Shown in pieces: positions 38,344 through 50,626 of a stretch of 64,000 bases of DNA. Below the pieces are notes generated by a model. The model ran no database searches. It worked only from the letters and a program-made list of their open reading frames with translations, and was not told the origin of the DNA. The stretch covers positions 248,001-312,000 of the forward strand of contig JALMLS010000093.1 in assembly GCA_038496445.1 (NCBI GenBank). Reading direction: 5' to 3'. The first letter of the stretch is position 1. Each line of letters starts with the position of its first letter. Origin of the DNA: Trichosphaerium sp. ATCC 40318. Lineage: Eukaryota > Protista > Tubulinea. A program made the translations under genes and the position numbers.

Positions 38344-41300
38344 TTAAGCATGTTGCGCATGTTGCTGTAGTGTAGTCATAACATGTCGGCATTTTGGACA
38401 TTGAATCTGACTTGCACTTCCAGGGAATTGAAGAAGTACATTACAACGAGTACAGTTAGCAGTTTTAATAGGACCAGTAGGAGCAGCAGCAGGCTGAAAG
38501 AAAAAAAAAAGTTAGTTCAAATAAGACATTCATAAAACTAAACTCAAATTTAGGTTATTACCTGTTGTGCACCAGCATTGTTATGTATATTATTTTGAAT
38601 ATTTTGTTGATGTTGCATAGCATGCATCTGAGCCATACCAGGTAAATGTTGTTGCATAGAAGGTAACATCTGAGTTTGTTGAATTTGTTGTTGCATTTGC
38701 ATCAAATTTTGAGATAAAGGTGGTCCCAAATTAGATTGATTACGTTGTGTATCTCTTTTACCACGCTTCTTCTTTCTACTAAAACAAATAAAATCAGTAT
38801 TAAGCATAACAAAAAAAAGATAAAACAAAATATTTTCAAGTCAACCGTACGTTGTTTTTTTCTTTTTAGTTTTGGCTGCTTTTGCTGCTTTTGCTGCCTT
38901 TGCAGCTTTCGCTGATATCTCAGCCTTTTGAGCTTTTGCATTTTCTATGAGTGCTTTAAAGTGTGCCTCCAAGTCAGCTGTTTGCTTCTCTTGAACAAAG
39001 CGTATTTGAGCGGCCTTGTAAGAAACGTCAGTTTATGCATATCAACAACCTTGGCTTCGTACGTTAATTTTGCTCTTTAGAGCTTTGCTCTGAGGTGCTT
39101 TTTCTGGTTTTGATTTTACTCCTTCAGGTGCAATTGTTGGCATTGTACCGAAAACCAAGCGACTATTTAAAAAAGTAAGTACTCACTGAGGAATGATGAG
39201 GGTAGTGAAAAATAAGAATTTAAGCTTCAAAACTCTTTTTTTTTGGGAGTTGGTAACAACAACGTACCTTTCGTAGAACGCCATTACTTTCTCTGGGTAT
39301 ATCTCTTTCACCTGTTCTGCTGGTACTATAACATAAAGTTACAAACGGACACGTTTAAATAATAAAAAAAAGTTGGTACGAGATATCACGTGATATCTGT
39401 TAGCGAAATTTGATTTGTTTGTATACATCAAAACTACGTACCAAAGCTGTAGTTAGGGTACCCTTTAAACCGAATATACATTAGCAATTTGTCCTTCACA
39501 CGCTTCACGCCTAGAGAAGTTGTTTTAGTATCATGCAAACAGTAAAACTAGAAACAAAAAACAGTTTTCTTTTTTTTTTGACTTGTTCGTGTCGTGCGTA
39601 CCAACTATTTCAGTAATCTCGTTGTTCCCATAATTATCCTCCCAAGTTTCTATAGTATCGTTAGTATGCACTTGATAGAATAAAAAAACGAGCACAGTGA
39701 TCGTGAGTACTCTAAGCTTTTTGTTTGAAAGTTGGATTGAAAAAAGCGACGTACTAGGTTTTGTCTTTTCTGTTTGCTCGGGTTTAGCTTGTTCTTCTGT
39801 CTTCCCCTTAGAGTTTTCCGAAGGTTTAATACTCTTTTTATCATCCTCAGCAGGAGGTTCATCAATATCCATAGCATCATCCGACTGAGCAAGTTTAGAA
39901 GCTTTGTCCGATTCAGAAGATGAATCAGTTGATTCTTGTTTGGGTTCTGGTGTTGGCTTCTTTGTTTCTGAAGCATCTTGCAATGTTATAATAGGCGCAC
40001 GTTGTACTCTAAAGAATGCATTAGCACAAGAAACTTAAGACTCAAGCAAGTAATCGTCAGGCAGAATCAATTCAAGAACAAAAAGAAAAGTTAACTTACT
40101 GCTTAGCCAAGTCAGCTTTAGAAAGCTTTTTCTTCCTTGATACTGTAGGACTGCTTGTGCAATTATCAGCACTTGCATTACGTTTAATACGGCTAAAGAT
40201 AGTATGTTAGCTGATATGGAAAGAGAAGTGATCGAGATCAAAATAAAATAAGAAATCCTGATTGATTTGTTTCATAATGTCCGTTCAGGACATGTGATTA
40301 AAACGTACTTTCTCCGGCTTCTGATTTTAGGAAAGTTATCAATCAAAGGATTAGAATAGTCATGTAGACCCCACCAGTCATCACAGTCATCACGGCCTTC
40401 ACCATTAATGAATATCTAACATTTTGGTTTATTTAGTATCAAAAGTTTAAAATTATCTTTTCATTACCTCCGGGAATCGACGTAAATCTGTTAGGCTCAC
40501 TTTACGTAAATCCTTTTGTATGACTTTCCAAGAGTGTAATTGATCCCAATATTTATCAATAAACTCATTCATCGACTTCACATGGAACAGTGTCTTTTGA
40601 CTACCTAAAAACACAAAGGAGTTAATACAAGTTTTTTCGGGATCCTTTTTTTGGAAGAAGAAGGTAATCGATGTTGTTCATTGCTCTCGTACCTTGCATC
40701 TTTGATAGAAGGAATAAATTATAAAGTACAATAATGTAAACCACTGAGTTATCTTTACCCTGAAACTGAAATCCTTCAGGATGAGTTTCAGTCGAACCAA
40801 CCTTATGACATCTCTTGCAATAAAACACATACTTCCAGTCTCCTGGGAGAGGCGCATGTGGAATCTTTATAGTCAAGCACCTACATGTGGTCAAAACACG
40901 TGCCAAAGGAAGGTAAAAAAGCGTACTTTTGATGAAAGAACTTCTCACAACCACCACATCGTAGATCACAACGACGAAGGTCTTCAGGCACTTTAAGAGG
41001 TGTTGGTTCGGAGGAGTTGCAGTAGCAGTCATAATGGAATGGTGAATCATTATCTTCAAAAGCAACAGCACCACCAGAGCTCATATCTAAAGTCGTTATT
41101 AGATACAAGTTAACGACAACAAAAAAATTGCGTACTTCTCTTATAATTTTTGGCATGTGCTTTCCGTTGTGTTAGTGGTACGTCAAATGCAATAATGACG
41201 CTCTTGTCAGTAGCATTCTTCTTCTTAGCCTTCATTGTAAGCTCGACAGTCTTACCAACAAGCTTTGCTAAATCATCATCATAACGGAGTGTAATCCGCC

Positions 41301-42741
41301 ACAAGTCATCACTGTGAAGAAAGTTTAACAACAAAAACATCAAGAAAAAAACTGACTAATAAGTACCGTTTGTGAAAGCGTTGTAAAATTGCTGGAAGTA
41401 TACGGAATTCATCCTGTAGAAGCTTCATACACTCACGATGAGGTCTAGTCTCACCGAGCTCTCTGTATAAACCTTGAAAAATAGCGGTTAGGAAAACTCA
41501 ACAAAACCCAAGAAAAAAATCCTTATCGACGATCCGACTTTTTTCTTATTCACAATTTCAAGAAATTAAGTACCTTTGATAATGAGTGTCTTTGATATAT
41601 CATCCTCTGCAATTTCTCTTCTCTCTGCATCCTAAAGGTAATACATGTTAACTCACAACATCACATCTCAAAGTAGTACTGACTGAGACTTCAAAAAAGA
41701 ATCGGAAAAAATTTTTTCCTAAAACGAAAAAAAAACTCAAGAAAAAAAAAAAGAGTGTCCAACCACACGTGCTTTTTGTGTCGATTCAAGCTCCTCAGGA
41801 GTCATGTTTGTCATTGCAATGTAAGGCTTTGGTGTCTTCTTAGCTCTCTTCTTGGTACCATCTTGGTCACCTTCACGTTTTCTCTTGCCCAAAGAAACGG
41901 ACGAATCATCATCCGTAGTCTCGTCCTTAACCTCCGCAGACTCAGCGTCATCGACAGATGTTTCAGCGCTTTGCGCTGTATCACCGATATCCATTGGATC
42001 GTCTTTGACTTGTGCCGTTGGCGTCTTCTTTTGAGAGCCGCTAATACTTGCTGTATCACCCTTAGACATTGTCAGTATCGTCTAAACGTATGCTATATGA
42101 GGGCGAGAGGTCAATAAGGTACCTCAATTTCGTCTACGGGTGTTTCTAGGTCGTTCACTTTTTTTACATCGTCTGTTGGCTTAGGCTCATCTCCAGACAC
42201 TTTTTCTTCTTTTATAGGGTTTTCTTGACTCTCAGTAACCGTATCAACTTGCATTGCATCGATTTTTTCGATTTGAGTGTTTTTGAGCTTTGTGGTTGTT
42301 TCTGGATCCTTATTAGCCTCCTTGGGATTTAGTAAGTTATATAGGGTGTGAAACGTAATAAGTATTGCGAATAGTTTACCCTTATTGTGATTTTGTTGGT
42401 AGAACCCGCTGAAAAAAAAAAAAAAGCCGGATAAAAAAAGTCAAATTTGTTCTGAGTGCTGACACGTGTTACGTTTCAGAACATTAGTTGTAAGTATAAC
42501 GTAGTATGAAGTTAAAAAAAACTTTAGACTGTGAGATTTAAAATGTATTGTGTCGGTTCAAAAGCCTTCAAAAAAAAACCAGAAAAACGTAAGTCGGGTT
42601 TCGAACTTTTTTCGTTGCTCAAGTTTTTGTCTTTACCTTAGAGTCTGTTTCCTTGTTGCTATCGTTTAAATGTATCTCTGAAACCACGTCTACATCGGTA
42701 GATGTATTGTTTGTCTCTTTAGTACTCAGTAAAGTCGTCAT
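38344..42741 (-). CDS. Chromatin protein: acidic N-terminus, PHD + winged helix (ASH2L/PCL-like), chromo shadow domain, Q-rich region, LSD1-type zinc finger (5' end uncertain)
   Basis: CYC...LRCGGCEKFFHQKC...FYCKRC; VLYNL...FIDKYWD.L...WWGL; EITEIVGVKRVKDKLLMYIRFKG...VPAEQVKEIYPEKVMAFYESRL; CTRCNVLLQFPGSASQIQCPKC. Confidence 0.8.
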
Positions 42742-44662
42742 CTTGCAAAATCAGAAAAATGCAACCTAATTTTTTTTTAGTTTTTTTGCTGTACAATCGC
42801 TACACGTTTTTTTTTTTTTGCATCAAGTCTACCAAACGACTTTATAATTACAGTAAAAATAACGGAACAATAACTTTCTAGAAGTACGCTAAATAGCTGT
42901 CTTGCCCGAGGAACTCTTTTTTTTTCATAAAACGCTTAGGTATCGCACAAGCAAAGAGAAGTTGTTTTTAAATTGTTTAACGGTAGTGTATTTACCAATT
43001 TATCTCTTTGCACGTTCGTCTTTGGTTAAAGCTCTGATCTACCAATAAAGCCTACCGCTTAATGTTAAATACAGTGCAACTAACGAATAGAGTGCCTCTA
43101 AAGCCTCTCTGACCAAATGTGAAACGAGGTTTTTGATAAAAAAGACCACCCCGTAAAATAAGAGCCTTTATTAATGGTCTAATGTACCGCAAAAAGGTAT
43201 ACTGGTATTAAGAAAGTAATCCACGATGGGTCGGGTAGGTTTCTGATTTTAAACGTACAGTTTTTTTGAAGAGAGATGATGTTCGCTTCTCCGGATATTA
43301 ATGGACTTGTGGAGAATTACGTCGACTTAGGTGTTGACTTAAAAAGAGCTTGGTTGGAAAAAACCCCGAGAGATTATATTTTTTGTTCTTTATTCGAACT
43401 CGTTCGCTCAAAGTTGATGATGAAATTCACTTTTAAAGGAGAATTCTAAACACCTTTTATACAGTTTTTTTAGATTACTCATCGTTCTCGATCCAAAATA
43501 AACCTCCGTTGCTCTTACTTTACAAGAATGTGTAGTATTACATTATTAGAAAAATACCAGATAGACGTTTATATTGGGTGCGAGGCAATCTAAGGAAACA
43601 CAAAAAACCAAAAGTTCCAGACGATGCAAAAAAAAAAAAAAAACAAACACAAAAAACCCACGCTCGTAAGCCTCAATAAATATCTCTTTGATTATTCCGG
43701 TACTGATAGTTGCTAATGAGGCAATAAATCAAAGACAAAAACCAAAAAACGACAAAAACGTCAAGTGAGTCAATCTTGTCTTAAAACGCTCTTTTTTGCC
43801 ATTAAATAGTCTCTACATAACGTCTCAATAATAGCCGTCTACCAGTACAAGCCGTATTGATGAGCCGACGACCGTAGAGTCGGTGCGTTATTTTCTTACC
43901 TTTTACTTGTCTTGACCTTTTTACCTTATTTACTATCTGCCAGACCTAACCCTAACGCTCAAATTTAGGCCACCGGACGAAAACCTCTTGTTGCATCAGT
44001 CAGCTACCTTTCGTTGACAAGGAATGACTTGATGTAGCACTAAATCAATTTTATTTCGTAAAACTCATTTTTTTGCCTTTTTTTTACGCCGAACCTAAAA
44101 ATAATACGGGATAGCCAGAGAGTACTGCCAAAACACGATAGGCGACTATTACTCCTTTAAACTAAGTCTAGCAATGCTAGAAAGCGCAGATATTGTAAAA
44201 TCTTACAACAGTCCCTTTTTATCACATACGCCCTCGTAGATCCCTTAAAGTGATCCAATGCCAATTAGATGACAGTATAATCTTTTGCGTGACATGACTT
44301 GGCAAACAATTGCAAAGATATCGCTTATGTCACCATATTGTACTTCGTCCGCTATCTAGTTGTTTCTATAGAGTTAATCGCTTGTATTTGAGAGCTCGTT
44401 CACGTGAAGAATCTATTTATTGTCAAGTTATACAACAAAACTATTTAGAATCAATTTTAACCACACAATGGCTATTTATCTGTAAGTTGCAGCCCAAGGT
44501 TCTATTAAAATGTTGTGCTGAAGCAAATTATTGAAACTTCAAGACAAAAGCGATATCCAAACAAAAACTCGACTTACGAACCAAGTACCTTGATACATGA
44601 CGACAATAACACGTGATACATATTTATAGGTAATGTATTGTTTTATTTTGAAAAGCATGGGC

Positions 44663-47600
44663 TTACTGAACGTAAGCAGTGGTTAAAATACATTCACTAA
44701 TGCTCTTAGAAAGTGTTCCCAAACAACTACTTTTCGAGCCTCTATTGTACAATCTCATGAAAACAGTGAAACATTCAACTTGTAGCTGTTGGGCTTTCGA
44801 CATCTTTACAGTAACTGTATAACTACCTTTGTGTGCAGTTCTAATAATATACTCCTGTGGGCCATAACCTAAATAAGTCTAGTGAGTATCTTTGGTTGCT
44901 ACTGCTCCTTCTAGGACAAAAAGTTGTTTTCTAAATTTGTGTATTGTTACCTTTGCAATCTGTTGACATTGTGCCTCCACTTTTTGTCAAGTTATTGAAC
45001 ACATTACAAATCTCTCCAGACGGTTCGGTAACATGTAGTTCTACATTAGCTGTTGGATGATTCCATGAGATTACAACTCTAAAACAAGAATCAGCGTATT
45101 CTGTCTTTTCTTTTTGAATAGAATAGAATCATACCGTAAATCACAGACTTCCACCATAGGCAAGAAAGCAGTGATGTGGCTATACTTTGAGAATAGTTCG
45201 CGCAATGAGCCATTGTGCTCCTTTAACAACAAAGCTTTCTTGTAGATCCGGAGGAAATCTCGTAAAGCTATAACTTCCACATGTTTTAGTTGAAATCTAA
45301 TATCCCATTTCGTAGAAATGACTTGTAGCAATAACTCAAGACTCTCTATTGGTTTTACATCTTCTAAATATAAAGCAAGGTCCCTACAAACATGTCAGTA
45401 TAAATATTACGTCTAAAAAGTAAGTACCAGTAAGATAGAGGTTGCTCCTTGCTTAAATCAAGTATTTTTCTTTGAACTTTTTCAACAATGGTGTTTGCCA
45501 ACTGATTGCCAGATTCATGTTTTTCTTGAAACTCTTGACAATGCCAAGCAAATTGACGATATAACTCGACATCGTTTATACGAATTTCGAGTAATGTTGA
45601 TAGCAGAAACGGGTGTGAAACAGGAGAAATAGGTCCAATGCTATCCTCAACGAATTGTTTTACTGTTCTATAAATAAATTTAGTTCGTTCCCATCTGTAG
45701 TCCCACTTAATGGAACACTTACTTCGATGGTTGCCAAGAAGCATTCTCAAGTATGATTTTGACATCTTTGATAGGTATCTTTATGACATTGTCAACATCA
45801 ATAAACTTTCCATAACTTGCTGGTAGCTGTTTATAGAGCCAATATGGATTATCAGTAAGCTTTTTTGCTGGCTGTTTGATCAAATACCTTTCACCTACAC
45901 TTGGATCCACTGGTGTACTATCCCACCTGCTTGTTCTGGAAGGCGTTGGTGTACTGTTTCTCGGTGTTAGTGTATCCCACCGACTTTTCTTTTGGGGTTG
46001 GTTTGCACCCATAGTAGAGTGCGGCGTATCGCGTTTTGGTGAGTCCCATCTGCTTTTCTTTTTCTTTTGTTTCTTCACAGTGTTGTATCGTTCACGTTCT
46101 GAATTCTGTTGTTTTGGCAGCTTTGATCTCATCCTCTTAAAGCTAGAAAGTAATAGCGACTTCTCTGTAGTACTGGTCACTTTGCTTCTGTTCCTAGCGT
46201 TAAAAGGTTACAATCATTATTACTAACTAGTACGTACTCAACAGTTGACGAACCTCGCGTGGATTCCAGTAAAGACAATGACTCTTTGAAGGCATCCAAT
46301 CTCCTGGTGATAAACATCGGTTTCTTCTTGAGGTACGTGCAGAACCTCTTCGTTCCATCTGGTTTTTAGCCTCAGTGGAGCGTTGTCGCTTTGCTGGTCT
46401 GATTAGTTCCTCATCACATGATTTTTCTACACTATCGACTGGAAACATTTTCCCTTTGGTAGATAATCTAAACACGTGTTTGCAACAGGCATACAGCAAG
46501 TTCAAAATTTGTACCTTTTATCTAAGGGTATGACATATCCCATTGGACTCTTCCAGTTTGATATACATGGTGGTATTTTCCAATCGATATTTGCTCCGTT
46601 CTTTGATATTTTTCTCGGAGGAGAAGGTATTCTTGGTGGCTTTCTAGAGTCATCATCTGCTATAACTTGAGGTTGTGGTTTGTCTAGCCGTTCCCATGCT
46701 TCACGTAAAAGTTGTTCGGCTATTAACAGAGTTTAGTTCATCCACGTGTCAAATGCTTTATGTAAAAGTTGTACCTGTAATTGTAATTTTAGATGGAGGC
46801 TTCTTTTTTACATACAAGCTCCCTCGCATAGTATTTCTATGTCGTTTACCTAAAATGAAAGTAAATGTATGCAAGAAAAAACAAATAACATAGTTTTAGT
46901 TTTATAGAGATTGTACCGTTTAAATGACCCAAATATTCATCAGGGGTGTTGTGTAGCGTATTGCACATGAATATTATATTTCATGTTTGATGTACTCTGT
47001 TAAAGACGACAAAACAATCATTGATGTCTCTGGTGTTATAATCTGATATTTAATTCCAATTTCGGCTACTTGAGATTGATCATCAATTTGATTCAATTTA
47101 CCACGTGCCCAATCACGTATAATACTATTTTCAAAGCAACAATGTGTAGCCTTGTTTATATCTATTTTGATTGAATGTATTACTCTCCCTTGAGTACCAA
47201 AATGCAACGAAACATTTGCATCTTTTTCGCAATCCTTGATTCTACCTACAGTATCATAGAATGGATGACCACTGCTTTCTTCTATTTGAAAAACTACAAC
47301 TTGTCAGCACTACCACTACTTTTGATATAATATCATACCATTATCAACTATACAACCACATCCGGTAGCATACAGTAGCCCAAGACGTGTATTTTGTACG
47401 AAGATATTTCTTGCAATAATGTTGAAAGAGATTGAACGCTCATTTGATATATCCTGAAATGTGCCGCCACTCCTTGACGACCACTTCCTCAGTAAAGTCT
47501 TATCGATTTTCTTACATGATGTAATACAATGAACGGGTTTTGCAAACATTGAAGGAACAAAGTTTCTGTTCCCAATTGTGTTAATGCCATCAGAAAATAA

Positions 47601-48942
47601 CAAAAAAACGTCATGTGAACTTTTTGTATCTGATAGAACCCTTGCCAAAGGCTCCAGGTGCGTTGCTCCAAAGTATTTATGAGACTTGATATATGATCAA
47701 TATGTGATACATCTTGGAAATCACGTGCATACAACACTGTTAAGTTGAAAGCATAAAGAACAATGTTTGATGGATTTAAGGTCGTCAGGACTTCGTTTAG
47801 GAAATTCAAGTCTCTAGTGGTTTCAGTTAGTATTTTTTGTAGTATTAGGTAGGTTGGATATCATTATTGACATACTTGGCAGCAGTGGCTTCGTGACTCT
47901 TTGAGATATCCCATAATATTCCAACTTTCATCGGTGATGCGAAATTTTGTATGGCGGCACTAATCGGAAGTATGTTACGGCTACAGAAGTATAAAAAGTC
48001 TTCTGAATGCTGAACTATACAAGGCATAATCTCTTTTGTTTCTTGTAAGGAAATATCACAGTAATTTTGATGAGGGAGTTTGCTAATACTAGGTTTGAAA
48101 TAAAACTCATAAATCTAAAAATATAATTAAAACAAAAACTCACTTATCAACTCTCTCAAAGTACCTCTTCATCCATACGTTTGCTGAAACCATGTGACTC
48201 GCATCCTTGTATATATATATTAGGTTCTCCTTTTGGAGGATCATGGACGATGCCAGTTATTTCCATATCGTTAACAGCGGTTGTGTTAAATGGAACTCTG
48301 AGGGAGCTTTGATACCAACCTTCTCCTAATACATGATTATCAATTGGCGTGCTATAACGATAATATCCATACCTGTTTTGGTTTCTGTCTTTAAAAACCC
48401 ACCAATCTTTAATAACATAACACGTGACTCCAACTTTTTCATGTGACTAATCTTAGTACGAAACACATTACCAACAACATTCTCAACCAATCCAGTAGTT
48501 TTTTTATCAAACATCTGTGCGCTTACATCAAAAACACTTTTGGCTAAACACAAGTCAGAGCAATAGTTACATTTTCATTCCATGCCATACCTTTTTCTTT
48601 CTTGACTACAACTGCTTCGACAAGCGTACCATCAACGGACATGCTGTATTTCTCGATTTTTGATTCTGCAAGAAAAAGTCAGTTAACGATAATCCCTTTG
48701 TCAGTCAGGTTTTTTGCATACCATTCGCTGTGTATAGCTCAAATTCAGCTTCGTCGATGTCGCTGGTGGTGTTGTTTGTAAAACAAATTCGAATGTCAAT
48801 TTCTATCGTGTATTAACGTACATGGACGTTGTTTAGCGTACTAACCGTATTTAAATGATTTAACTGCGAAAGTAATTGAAACATTGTCAACACGAAGACA
48901 TTTGTCTGAATTGACATCTCTTATCGCTATAGGTGCTTCCAT
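44663..48942 (-). CDS. VIT - vWA-like - helical/TPR-like - DUF2135(YfaP-like) protein with spliceosomal-motif insert; apparent frame lesions
   Basis: VIT: FTN...EAEFEL...YSMSVDGTLVEAVVV.KEKA..VF...GLVE...GNVFRTKI. vWA-like: GILWDISKS, YFGAT, LFSDGINTIG, YQIITPETSMIVL. Then EQPLSYWDLAL, KWDIRF...EVIAL. DUF2135: DLRVVISW...VELHVTEPSGEIC...TKSGG..S.D..GYGPQEY. Confidence 0.8.
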
Positions 48943-49221
48943 AGCAAGTATACAATTACACAATAAGACAGAAAAAAGGATTGCTTCTTCGATTTTGACA
49001 CCCAAAGTCCCATTCAACAAAACACAAAACGAAGGAAATTACTGACTCCTACTTCAATTAACTCAGCAAACGATAACTCCACACGAACAACAACATATCC
49101 AAGCTTCTTTTATTGCAATAACAACGTACATCTATTGGAAGGAGAAATACAATTCGACGTTTTTCAACTTTTTTTTCTGTTTTGGTTTTTTTTTTTGATC
49201 AAAACTTGAAAGTATCTTACA

Positions 49222-49848
49222 ATGTTGAAAGGTATCCCACCATGTATATCGGCTGATTTAATGCATACCCTGCTTTCAATGGGTCATGGGGATGAACTTG
49301 TCATCTCAGACGGTTAGTTTGTGGCTATTTTGAAGCAGTATGATCAATATTCGCCTAGGAAACTTTCCAGCTGCCAGCTGTGCTACAAATAAACTCATTT
49401 TAGCGAAGGGTGTAACGTACGACTGCCTACCTTTTTAGAAACTCGATTAATTAGTATTTAGCTGTTCAACGCTACTAGACGCGATTCTACAGGTTAGTAG
49501 CGACTTTTTAGAGTCAACTGACATTTTTACTAGTTTTTCCCATTAGATCCTTACGCCTCAGACTCTGTTTGCGTTATGGAAGTTGTGTCTGGTTAGCAAA
49601 CAGCACGCTCAACAATGTGATCCTAATATTTTTTTGTAGGAGACTCAAACAGCCCAGAAACACCTCCAGTATGGTCTGAATACAAACAAATAGTCAAAAA
49701 ACACGAAAGTGACAAGTTTCCTCTTGTACAAGTTGAGAGAATGGCTTTTTATGAAAGAGCCAAAAAAGCTTTCGCTGTTGTTGCTACGTCGGACACAAAA
49801 ATATACGCCAATATCATCATAAAGAAAGGCGTAGTTTTCCCAAAGTAA
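49222..49848 (+). CDS. FUOM: L-fucose mutarotase (RbsD/FucU family)
   Basis: MLKGIPPCISADLMHTLLSMGHGDELVISDGNFPA...FFPLD...VERMAFYERAKKAFAVVAT...YANIIIKKGV; 4 introns. Confidence 0.95.
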
Positions 49849-50626
49849 TCGAACAAAAGCATCAAACAAACGAACTTAAATAAACGCCTTTAATAGCGCT
49901 TTTTGAACCATAAATCCATTCATCTACGCATATCTTGTAATTTCAGAGCACTTTTAGAAGTATTAGAGAAAGAATTCTTGACCGTGAATTCCAGTAGACA
50001 TAAGTGAGGTCGTGACTCATTTTTTTCCTACGTTTTTACATAATACCGTATTTTCTTTGATTTTCTCTAGTAATCAATTGTACAGTACAGTTTTTATGCT
50101 ATTATTACGCGAATTTACTTACGAAATTCGCGAAATTTATTGGAGAGCAATTTCAGTGATAATCAAGGCTTCACTCAATTCACTGGCGTTTGGCTATCAA
50201 AACAACTGTAAACCCACAATAACATATTCAATACACCACAACAACAACAACACACTACAACCAAAGGGCATCTGATATCGTTCAGTATGTTAATCAAAAG
50301 TTGACACTGTGTAGGGTCTTTTGTTGGATATTTATCCACGTTTCGCTAAGTGGAATTCCAGAATTCTATCATCACATGATTAACAGCTACATTAATTTTA
50401 TGCTATTGTAGATAAGTACTTGAAGCAGCAGTAGGTCTCACCCGTTGGAACGGTGCGCCGGAAAAACCTGGTGAGCGTTGCTGATAGTACAATCTGCCTT
50501 TGTTTTTTTTTTACCTTCTTTTTTTTTCTAGGAAACTAGGCTGAACTTCAAGATTTTCGAAGCGTTTACCTGAGGGACTCTTTCGTGGGTTTTCGTTCTT
50601 TACGATAGGCAATGTATTAATTATTA

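Noticed and set aside
43276-43449. 57-aa ORF MMFASPDINGLVENY... in the long intergenic gap
   Set aside because: No recognisable motif or convincing flanking exons.
43944-43957. CCTAACCCTAAC telomere-like motif
   Set aside because: Only two units; expected by chance.
45719-46180. Calling this SF3B1
   Set aside because: The RWD motifs are followed by the helical/DUF2135 region, not SF3B1 HEAT repeats.
46460-46625. Calling this the organism's genuine SNW1/SKIP gene
   Set aside because: Only ~40 residues match; the rest of SNW1 is absent and the piece is embedded among unrelated motifs.
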